Shown here one piece after another: positions 27,001 to 39,000 of a DNA stretch of 64,000 nucleotides (position 1 is the first letter of the stretch; every line of letters starts with the position of its first letter). Below the pieces are notes generated by a model. It worked only from the letters and a program-made list of their open reading frames with translations. It was not told the DNA's origin and did no database searches. Both the position numbers and the translations under genes were made by a program. Origin of the DNA: Candidatus Omnitrophota bacterium (GTDB taxonomy: Bacteria > Omnitrophota > Gorgyraeia > VGKH01 > JBHPFN01); the NCBI GenBank assembly GCA_042571725.1, contig JBHPFN010000005.1, positions 1,196 to 65,195 of the forward strand. Direction: 5' to 3'.

Positions 27001-30000
27001 CTTTGGAAACGAGGCCCTAAAGGGTTGCTCACCGCAAACAGTGCAGCACTCACCATCTGACACGATGAGTGCAGCGAGTGCTGCGGCTCCCGCATCTGAA
27101 CCAGCAGGATCTCTCGGCAATGTTCAAGAAGGCATGCATGAATTGTCGGCTGCTGACTTTGAACCTTCAACGGATCAGCAGCATGAACGTTCTGAATTTT
27201 TAAAGCAATTAATGCATAATTATGCCACTCATTACCCGCTTGTCACGCAGGAAGTTGATTCGCCGGAATTTAATGAATTTCTTACTGAGCGGCGCGCAAC
27301 GATGCAGCAAGGAATTAGAGACGGCTCGGGAGCGGTCATGCTGTATCGTCATCCAGGTGAATCTACCCTTGGAGGATTTATCTTCTTTGTCCATGATTCA
27401 GTACAGGAAGGGTTAGAGGTAGTGGTAGATTTATGGGTCAGTACAGAGATAGAGCAAGAAGAAAGAAACTTAATCATCGCGGCTCTTTTAACAAAGGCTA
27501 TGGAAACTGCACGTGTTCAGGGTCAAAGATATTTTGAAATATATGTTCTGCCTGACGATACGCAGCTGCAGCAGGTAGCTGGTCGCTTTGGGTTTGGGCA
27601 GGGAAGAAGCTACCTTGATCAGTCTGGAAATTTATTTTTGATTGCATATCGTAAAGCAATTAGTTCTCCGTTAACCGAAGAGCGCGCAGCCGATAGGACT
27701 CAAGAAGCTCAGGAGCCGCCTGAGCTTAATCGCTTAGGTTCTATTATTACGGTGCTTGATCCCTCAATTCCTGCGGTAGTGGTACCCGCGCGGTTGGCGA
27801 GTACGCTGGAGGCTGTATTTGGAAATCCACAGGTGGCAATGACCGCAGAGGAGTTCTGGGACTTTATGCAGCATTTACGCACAACCGGCGCATTGCCAGA
27901 ACTCTATAGTATCATATCCGAGGGTCATCAAGCTGCGCAAGAGGTCAGAGAAGAGCTGGCGCGTTGCGAAGGATTAGACGCGATAGAGCAAGAGGACCTG
28001 CTAGGTTCTGCGTATGGAGTTTTTGTCTGGCTTGCCGAGGTAGCCTGGAAGCATACGCTTAATCAGAGACCAGATCTGCGCAGACGCTTATCCGGATCGG
28101 CTACTGACTTTATTGCTCATCTCCCGGAGCATAATCACGTGACAGCGAGGCTGCTAGAAAGAGCGGGGATTTCTCCTCTTTTCTCAGTGGACGAGGCTCA
28201 CTTCTTTTTTCTCCCGTATGTGTTTCCTTTTATGATTGAGGATAATGAAACTTTCAGCGTACGCACTATGTTCTTCAGAAGCACTGAGGAGTCTGTACGC
28301 ACAGGAATGAATTTATTATTTGAGGCTGACGGTGCTTCGCAAAGACCTATTGCAGCCGAGATGTTCGAGACATTCCGTACGCTGCAGCGTGCCGTCTTAT
28401 CCCGTTTTCAGGGAAGCTATAGCGCTGAGTATCGGGAAGAAATGGATGCGTTGCTGCGCAAAATGGCGAAGAATATTGCACTGTTGCGCAACAGGGGAAA
28501 TCAGCCACCTGATGAGCCGCATACTCCAGATTCGCCACGTGGCGGGCCACAGGCTAATTCTCCGGTCTGGATAACCATCTTAGCTGTATTAGTTGGGCTA
28601 GCGATGTATTATCTTGCGGGCGGATCTTCAACTGAAGAGGCGCCACAGGTTTTGATGGGCTTGTCACTTTTCGGTGTAGGCTTAACTCACGGCGACCTTC
28701 CACCATGGCTGGTGAGACTTTTAAAGAAACTTAAGGTAACCGATGATTTGAATGGCACAAAGATATTCCGCGGGGAAATTTCTGCATGGGCAAAGGCCCA
28801 CGGTTTATTCTTAGACCAACCGTGGTATCGCGATGTGCGAGAACATGGCTTATATCTGAGAACGCGGGAAGATGCTTTGCGGCTCTGGACGCTAAGGAGA
28901 ATTGAAACCTATATTCTTGATTACGCTAGAGAAATCGATCGGGAAGCAACAACAAAAAGATGGATGGAGAGTTTAAAGGCAGCGGCACTCAGAGACAGCG
29001 CGCAGATACGCCAGAGGCTGCGAAGAGAACAATTATCTCTCACAGAAGAAAGGCGTGTAAAACGAGCATATCATAACATTCAGAAGAAATATCTTTGCGG
29101 CTTACGGGGCCCGCATCATGGAAGAGAAGCTACTGACGCGCCGTTTATCTGGGCGTTAAAGGGAAGAGTATTTAAGCAGGTACAGCAGAAAAGGGCCGGT
29201 AAGCTTTTTGGCGAAATAGATATAACCGATATGACATTAGCTGATCTTCCTATCTGGCCGGTAGAAGGAGGTAGGATTAGAGAAGATTTGATTGAGTGGA
29301 TGGCAGAGAGAGAAGGTGCGCCTCCTGCGCAATATTATGCAGCGCGCAAACTCTCCATTAATCAAATCCTACAAGAAGAACCCCCGGCCGGCCAACTCGA
29401 ATTACCTTTCGGCAAAACAATCATTCCTTTCATAGTTACAGTACTTTCCGGCGGCATAAGTATGCCGCTTGGGGCAGCGGTAGAGGGTGGAGAATCTGAT
29501 GTCCGTCCATCTTTGTCTCCTATCGAGGATACAGTTACTAGAGACCTTAATAAAGATAATGTAGTGTTAGTCGGATTAGCAGACGAAAGGCTTGCTTTTG
29601 CCGGTGAGACAGCCGGAATCAATGCAATAGCCGGTTATCTAAACCGTGATTGCAAAGATGCAGAGGTTACAATTTTAGACATGCAGCTGGATTCTTTGGA
29701 AGATGTTATAGAGACAATAAGAACAAAGAAACCCGCCATATTGGGTATCGCCGCCAGGATTAATACATTTAACCAATTGCTACAGTTGACTCAGGCAATA
29801 GCAAAGGAGATTCCTCAGGAAGAACAGCCACTTATCGTGCTCGGAAACGCCTTGCCTACTTACATAGGCGATGTGATTCTACAGCGATTCTTGCCTTTTG
29901 CTGTGCTTGGTCTAGGAGAAGGCGAATTGGTAGTAGCTGATCTCTATCGGTATGTGAATGGGCAGATTGAACTATCCGAGGTACGAAATATTGCCTATCA

Positions 30001-33000
30001 ACAGGATGGTGCAATGGTTCGCAATCCAAGAGTCCTGATGCCTGTTGAGGAACATGCACTGCCCGATAGGTCAAGAACAAGAGAGTTTTATGAAAGAGGA
30101 GGCTTGGCGTATTTTGAACAATCACGAGGCTGTCCACGAGCAGCATGCACATTCTGTGCAAGTAAGGAGATTCTTGGGTCGAGAATAGCAGGAAGAGGCT
30201 GGCGACCGCTCCCCTTAGATACCGTCATAGAAGATTTAAATATCTTAGAGCGCATGGGTGTTCAACAGGTACGCGCAGCTGATGAAGAATTTTTACCTAT
30301 CGATCCAAAAAGAATGAAAATAGCCAGAGAATTTGCAGAAAGAAAGATTGCAGTGGGTAATGCAGTTAGATTCGACATCATCACAAGAGTAGATTCAATC
30401 TACAATGAAAATGATACAGAAGAAGAAGGACGGGAAAGGGTAGAAACACTGCATCTTTTAAAGCGCGCCGGGCTTGTGAAGATATCATTAGGCGTAGAGT
30501 CGTTTTCTGAGGGTCAGCTGAAGAGATATAACAAGGGCATCAGCACAAAAGAGATTGAAGAGGCAATAAGAATAGTAAAAGAGTTGGGTGTTGACCTCGA
30601 GATAGGTTTTATTCCTCTCGATCCTTTGGCGAGCTTCGCAGAAGTCAAGGAGACCCTCGCCGGACTCGAGAGGACGGAAACAACATTAGAGGCCTCTACT
30701 GCCTTTAAGGAATTAAGAATTCAGCACGGGGCCACGTATGTTGGGCTTGTACGCAGAGAAGAGCAAAGAAGCGGTATCGCAATTCTTGGCCGTCTCGATC
30801 TTAATTCGTTAAATTATCCCGTGGTTCGTTACGCAGACGAGAGAGTTAATATCATTGCACGTAATATGAGAAGCTGGAACGAAAAAGTGTATCAACTCTT
30901 TTATTTGCTGAGAATATACACACAATACTCTTCGTATGAACAAGGTCAAATAGCTGCATTTAGATATTTTGATGCCGCGTTATTCTTTGATCTCATCAAT
31001 GACCTGCGTTATTTAGAACTTGAATTATTTAAGGCGATTATCGCAGAACTTGAAAGAGACGACGATGTACACACCGCAGATATTCGCATACGAACTATCA
31101 TTGGACAGCATGAAGAAAGAAGATCGGAAAAAATCAGGATGTTTTCGTCTGATCTTGATGCAGCTAGACTGACAAGCGCCACAGGAAAAGAAGGTCTAGG
31201 CGCTGATTTGAGACATGCGATTGCCAATTACTTTAGTTATTTGACTCCCTGGTACCGGCTGGCACAGCGATTCACTGACCAGGCATTAGTACACACCTCA
31301 ACACTAGCAGACTACCAAGAGGCGGTAGATGGGGTGATGAGTAGCTTGCAAACAGCTACCGCAGAGCAACGAACGCGGTTCATCGAGGATCTTTGGCGCA
31401 TGGTATCGACATATGCTATTGAGGTTTTCCCACCAGTTTCTGCTGATGGTTCCCGCGTACTCTTCTACGATTATAATCAGGCGAGCGTATTAGATATGCG
31501 TGTACCTAATCAAGGAGGTCCGATTGGGATACGTAGGATATTGTCCGGTAAGCCCACCACCGCCTTCAGTGCACTACGTTTTTTGGGAGTTCAAGCTCAG
31601 CGCAGCGGTTATCCCCATGAAGAGGCACGAGCTCGATCGGTCATCCACCTAGATCCACGTCGAAGGATTGCGCTCATTGCTCCCTCTAGAGTGACACCTG
31701 AAGACATCGAACAAAGTTTACAGGAGGTATCCGAGACTTTAGAGAATATGCAGCCGGGTAGCATATTTGTATTTGGTGGTTCTATACCGGAGAACTTACC
31801 GCCAGAAAGAATCAGCGATCTCGTTAAGCAAGCAAAGAGAAACAAAATATTTGTTGTTGTTGACTTTAGTTCGAAGTTAACTAAACAGCAAGCATTGGCA
31901 GTTCTTACCGCCACCCCGGATGTGATCAAGCCTAATCTATACGAGTTTGAGATGGTATGTCGCTCTGTTGGTTTGATTGAAGAGGATGCGAGCCTACGTG
32001 CTGATAACGATAGAGGGCGCGCAGAAATACTGCGCTATGCCAGAATTATTGTTGAGCGATTTAGTCTTTCTGCAGCGATCGTTACGTTAGGAAGTTACGG
32101 TGCTCTTGTTTATGCCCGTGACGAGTCATATTATGGAAGTTCTTTAGTTTCTACAGAGGAAATCAGGGGATTAATCGGTGCGGGAGATGCATTTTGCGCG
32201 GGGATAGTGTACGAACTTTTGAGGCAAGGCGTCATGCATACCGAAGAGATCGATTGGAAAGCGGTGCTTTCTATGGGATTAAGAGTCGCCTCAGCTAAAG
32301 TAACGCTACCGGGATTAACCATGCCTTCGATGGATTTAGTGGAAAGGCAAGAGATAAGTGAATTGAGACCCATCTCAACTACTACAGCTTCCGGCGAGAC
32401 TAGTAGTTTTACCTCGGTTGGCATAGGACTTTTTGAAATCGTAGAAATTGTTGTTCGTTGGCTGAGTTCCGGCGGCATAAGTATGCCGCTTGGGGTGGCG
32501 CACGGCAGCTCCGGAAATAAAAAGAAGGGTTCTAAGAGCCCAGAAGCAGAATTGGCACAGTGGCAACGTCAGTATGATGATTTAGAACGCGAGATTGCTG
32601 TTCGATTCCCAACGAACGTTCCAAAGGGTATCTCTGGAAGGATGGAAGAAGCGCAGACAGCCATCGCTTCTGCCGAGAGTGTTATCTTATTTCCCGAGCA
32701 GCTTCGGAAAGGAAGGGGCGGAAAAGTAAAACGCCGACAATTTCGCGCCGCAGGACGACAAGAAGTTTCGGTTACAAGAGAATTCCATGAAAGGTTAGGC
32801 GTAGTCAAGCAGAGGGTCAAGGCGCTTAGAGCTGCGTTGGCCGAATATGACCAAGGACAAAATCCGGAAAGAAAGCGCATTGAAGACAGCACTCAAGAGG
32901 TGCTTACTGAGATCTGGGATCAGGTTGACCGGGCGAAAAGCGAGACCAAGTTTTCTTTCTTGGAAAACTTACGCTTGAAGATTATCCAGTTTACCGCCAG

Positions 33001-36000
33001 AAGGGTAGCATTAAGAAAGAAAGCGATTTGGGTACTTAGAAAAACCAGCGATAGCCAATTGTGGAGAGTAATCTTTGCGCCGTTACTTCCGCTACTTGTT
33101 TGGATGGAGAAAGGCTTTATCGTTACCTCAACCGATGCAAGGAAGGTCGGTAGGGCAATCTTTGATTTACGTGGCCGTCAGATCGGGGTAACGCTTGATA
33201 TCGTAGGAGACGCGGCAGCATCCACACAAGAGGCTGAGGAAAGAGTTCGATTCTATCTTACCATGATGGAATATTGGTCGAACAGTGCGCACGAATGGGA
33301 TGCGGTTGAGCAGCTGGATACATTCCCTCATGTGTTCTGTTCAACAAAGATAAGCGCAATTCACTACGATGCATGGGAGCAGGATGGCGAAGGCGCATTC
33401 ATTCATAAGGAAGCGATAAAGGATACGTTTAAAACGTTGGTACGTAAGGCCGCTGAGGTTGATGCCTTTATCCGGATTGACTTAGAGGAGTACGGCTTCC
33501 GCGATGTGACTATGGAGATTTTCCAAGAGGTCGTGGAGGAACTTATTCAGGAGAATCCACGGTTGGTGATTGATGAGGAGCGTAACGTCTTACGTATCGG
33601 AGTAGTGGTGCAGTTGTATCTTAAGGATTCAGGAAAGACCCTGTTCGACTTACGGAAATGGAAAGCTGAAAAAGAACTCCCCCGCATTCCCGTGCGGCCG
33701 GTAAAGGGTGCATATGAAAAGCCGGAGAAGCGCTGGGCAAAAGGTGAGTATGGAGAGACGGATGAATACCGATTCAACGGAGGTAAACCATATCCCGCTC
33801 CGGTATTTGGTAACAAGGAATCAACCGATGCACACTACGAGCTTATGTTAGAGTATCTTATTATGCATCACGATGATTTTCAAACAGCGGTTGCTTCGCA
33901 GAATCCACGTTCTGTTGCGCGCTCAATCGCCTTAGCTAAACACTACGGTTTAAAGCTTGAAGATATGCTGATTCAGATGCTTTTAGGTATGTTTGACTTC
34001 CTTAAGTATGCGCTGGTGAAAATGGGGCTTGCCGTTATGGCCTATCTGCCTGCAGGAAAAGCAATGCGGGCAAATAAATATGTTGGCCGCCGCTTAGAAG
34101 AGCTCGGTAATGAGAAAGAAAGTGCAGTTGTAATGATGATTCTTGGGGACGAGGAGGGCTTGAGAAAACTGCGCAAGCCTCCGAAGTTCCAGCTTAATGA
34201 TTATCCTACCTTTGTTTCCAATGACGTAAGAGAGATTTTCGAGGACATGAAGGCTGATGGAGAAATCCCAAAGGCTGTTGTTCCGGAGCTTGAAACCGCA
34301 GCAGTAAGCATGTTTGTAAGCGGATTCGGTTTTCCGTTTATGACGTTGGGAGTAACTATAGATGCCGGAGATGATACGCCGGAAGCACCTAAGATGCTTG
34401 TCTTACCGGGTGAATTACGGGTTGAAGGATGGGGTGTACACATAGGCGGCATATCGAATCAGAGCATTACCGTGGCGATTGAGCGTACAGAAACGGGTAA
34501 TTACTTTTTCCGCGTTACCGAAGGCCATGTTACTTCTGATGTGGCGTCATTGCCGTTTATTCTATCGTATGCGCTTACCTGTCAGATCATTGAAGATAAA
34601 AATACGTTGGAACAATGGCTCGGCGAAGAAAATCGGCGGGAGATTGAGATAGCGGTACATGTGAATAGTGATAATGCCTTGGAAGTGGAAGTTGAGCCTG
34701 CAAGGATATCGCTGCATATTGGTCTGTTTTTAATTGATGACCGTGCACACACGCATCATTATGGGCCGGCTGCCAGAAGGCGCAAGAGAAACAGGCGAAA
34801 CTTACGATCCTTCCGCGAATCAGCCGTTGCGATAGCATTAGATATGTTAATTCATCCCCAAGATGAAAACGGCATTAGGCAGAGATTAGCTCAACGTTTC
34901 GCAGCAGATCCCTTGCGGCAAGAAGCCTATGAGATTGTTTTGGATAATACGCCGGTATTTAAGATTGTTAAAGCAAATGATGAACCTTCTGCAGAAATGA
35001 GCATGTTTGTAAGCTTAGGTTTAGGTGAAATTGCTTTGATTATTGCAGGTGGAGCGTTTCTCATCTCATTTTTTGCCGGGATAGGCCCGGTCACATTAGA
35101 AAAAACACGCAGGGCAGCGAGACTTGCCGTCTATCACCGTGCACCGAGGTTACTTTTCTGGAGAGCGGTATTTGCAATGACCCGTGGAATTATTGCTATC
35201 TTCAGTCGGTTCTTTAGCAAAGATAGCTGGTTCCCGCCCGAAAACCACATTACATTTTTTGATCTTATGGAAAGGCCTGATTACCAGCACAAGACTGAAC
35301 CGGAGAGAAGGGATCTAGAAAAAGCATTAGGGTTAATGCGGATTATTCCGATAGCCCGAGAGGACCTTTTGGGTATCGCTAAACCGGAGGTTAAGATGTT
35401 TAGGCCGGGTTCCTTTGAAGAGGTCGCGCAGGAAATTCACACTCCCCGGCTGCTTGAATTCGAATTCATGCGGCATGTCTTCAGAAAAAGAGGCAGGGAT
35501 TCACTGAAAAACATAGAAGGGGGTAAACGCATTATTTGTAATTTTGATACCACCCTTGAGATTGAATACCGAGGTAGAAAGACACGTGTTAATTCCCATA
35601 AAGCATGGGCGGTGTGGTTTAAGATTTTGAATATTATCGGCGGAATGGAAGACGAAGACATAGCGAAATTAACCTTTGTGGCTGCCTCGCGGGGAGTATT
35701 GGCTGAAGCAATCATTACCTTGGCACACTTAGTAGGTGCACGCGCAAGGATTTATATGCCATTTGATAAACTTTCTCGCAAGAGGGCTGGCAGGCTTATA
35801 AAGAAGCTGAGCAGGGAAGGCATTCAATATGCTTTACACTACGACTTTATGTTTGTGGGTGAAGACTACGAGCGACATGCGTATCCTGCTGCAGCCCAAT
35901 ACGCACAAGAGTATGCGCCCCGCACCAGATTTATCTCTGCGGTAAACGACAGGACGATGGTAGAAGGCTATGCGCTTATGGTGGTAAAACTCATTGAGCA

Positions 36001-39000
36001 AATGAGAGCTAAGAGATTGCCCGATCCTTCCATGATTATTACTACCTGTGACGTAGGTGCGTATATTCAGGGATTGATTTTAGGGCTGCATGCATTAGGT
36101 TTGAAGAACACTAAGGTTGTAGGGGTGTTATGCGAGGAAGAACATTCAAAGTTGGTTAATGTGCTGCGCGCCCGGGAACAAGGAATAGATTTACAGGGTG
36201 TCTTGGGTGAGCAGTTCTTTGTGGCCGGTCAAGAGAACATCGATATGTTCATGCAATTGGGGGGTGCTGCGGTAACGGTGGGCAGACGCTCTAATCATGT
36301 TGCGGCAGAACTCTTACGTTTTGCAACAGGAGCAGAAGAAATTAGGGATGCACGTGCTTTGGCAGCTCTGTTTGAAGCAGGACCTACGCTTTTAGAAAAA
36401 TCAGGAAATGGGCCGATTGTATTGGATATCAGCAATGCCGAAGACGATAGCGTCTTGACCGCCGATGCCTTTATGCGCAGATCGTACCTTGCGCTTGTTG
36501 TGAGATTCCTGCTTTACACTTTCACAGTATTATTTAGAAGAGGAAACAATCAGGGTCCGGTTAGCTTTGATGAGTTTATCGAACACCACAGGCCAGAGCC
36601 AAAGAGAAGGATGAATATCTTAGTTGTTGAAGACGATAAGAAAGCCCGTGAATATCTACGTGCTACTCTAAGCGCTGCGGGTCATAACGTTACTTTGCTT
36701 GATCCGATGAAGGGGGATATTGTTGCGAGAGTGCTCTCGACAATAGATAAAAATGGGATTGATGCGATTGTCTCTGATTATGAGTATCCTGACGGTAAAG
36801 GAGGAACAATCGGGGCCGAGGAGGTCATTCGACGCTTGCAGCATGAACAAGGTTTTCCGAGGGAGCGGATTATTCTCTGGTCTTCGGTACGCCAGATCCT
36901 TTCTATCAAAACAGGGCTTGATCGTCCAACCGGGGCTGCTGGTAAGGCACAGGATGATTTTCATGCCCAGCCAACCGGAGTCGTGAAACAAATAGAAGAT
37001 TTAGTCGGATTTATGACTTCTAATAGAGAAGAGCTATTGAAATTCATCAATGCGATTATGGAAGATATTATTGCAGAGGAAGCTGCGGCTGAAGAAGCGG
37101 ACAGTGAGTCGGAGATAGGTTGTTTTACCTCAGGTGCAGGAGTTGCGTTGACGAGCATGCTCAGCAGAGAAAAAAGACATGAAATCTGCGTTGTCTGCAA
37201 CAGCAACATCTTCCGCAGCAGGTTATTGCAGCTCTATCTTCAGACGCAGCTTTCGAGACAAGGCATAAAAATATCTTCAGGCGGCCGCTATGAGACCTCG
37301 TTTGAGTATGTTGGCATGTGCTTTAAGGAGATCATCCAATCGTTACGGTTAGTTATTTCGCCGCTTGCGAGATATTTTGCAGTGAATTTGCATACCGGAC
37401 TCGCCAGAGATTATCATCCGAAGATGATGACTCAAGAGAAAGTAGACGCAGCAGATAGCATGCTGGTTGCAACGCATTCTCTTGTTACATGGCTTAAGGA
37501 AGAATTTAGCAATGTTTCAAAGAAGTTATATCTTATAACTGAATTCCTCGATCCTTTGGATCCAGTTTACGGAAATCTACACGGAAACGATCTGCCTGAT
37601 TTAGGCGAAACGTTTAAAACCGCATATGGAGGGCGCGTTTCGATGGATGCGCGCACCCTGTTAGCGATATACGAGCAGTTAAACATAGAACGCATCTTAT
37701 CCAAATCGCCGTATAGAAAAGACCCCATGTATTATATCCGGATAGCCCTCAGGAGCTTAGCCTCTGGAGTCACAAGTCTATTGAGTGGATTCGGCATGGT
37801 GTTAGGTGTATCCATTGCAGCCCAAGAGGAGCCGCTTCTGTTATCGCCGCGGCGCATCGGAAGCAGGATGCTTACCTCAGCCCACGATTCTGATATGCCA
37901 CCGTACCGCCGGCTAGACAAGGCCTCTGTAATTCAGATTATCGCAGATATGCTGTATGTTGCTGGTCTTGGAAGCTTGCCACTGCGCTTTGCGCAACGCC
38001 ACTACAGCATAGCCCTTTATGAGTTTGAGTCACGAGAAATCGTACTGTTAGAGCCCGCATTTAACCTTATCGGCGCTGGACAGTTTGGTTTATTTGCCAG
38101 TCATGAAATAGGTCATTTAGCATTCTTTAGTGGCTTGACCTGGAGGGATGATGATATTGTAACCCATCTTTATCGATACTTCATGAAGTATGGTGACGCA
38201 GAGATATTTGAGCTTCTAAAAACTGAGCTTGGTGTCTCAGATGAAAGAGCAGTGGAAATGATAGTCTTCTTAAAAACGATGCTCTTATGGGGTATGGAGT
38301 TTAATGCAGATGAAGCTGGATTACGGATCATGCAAGCACTGCGATTCCACGAAGATAGTGCGATTTCTTTGTTTGAACAGTCACCCTCGATTCATCAGAG
38401 ATTGTTTGATCAAGGCTATCTTTTGTCTCAGGCTGAAGATAAATGGGGTGATAGGTTTTTCGGAGTAAGCCTCCATCCACCGGTTGAAGATCGCATTGCA
38501 AGAATGCTACGCTTGGCAGCTGAAGCCGAGGAAGAACGAACCAGCGGCGGCATTATACTTCCTGGCTCACCTGATTTTAGGATCGATAGTTCGGATGCAA
38601 GCTTCTTTACTTCGTTTGGTGGGTTTGATCTGATAGGGAATATCGCGACTATGTTCAGCGGATTTGTCTTAGGCGTGGCTGAGGCAGCAGAAGGAAACAG
38701 TTGTAAAATTCGTACTGTCTGTCGTCAGGGCCTTTTCCGCAGTAGGGTTTTAGCGTCTCACTTACAAGAACAACTTGCTGATACAGATTTAGAAATAATC
38801 TCACTCGCCTGGCCGGGAGACGCCTCGATGGCAGAGGGCTACAGATTATTAAGAAGATTGAAAAAATCAGAGGATCCTCGCCTGCCGCCAGGTTCTGATT
38901 CAGAAGTAATCCCACGCATCGCAACAGCGCAGGATATGCACGAGGCAGATATTATCTTAGTGGCAACACAAAATATTTTGGATGAACTAAGAGCAGAATT

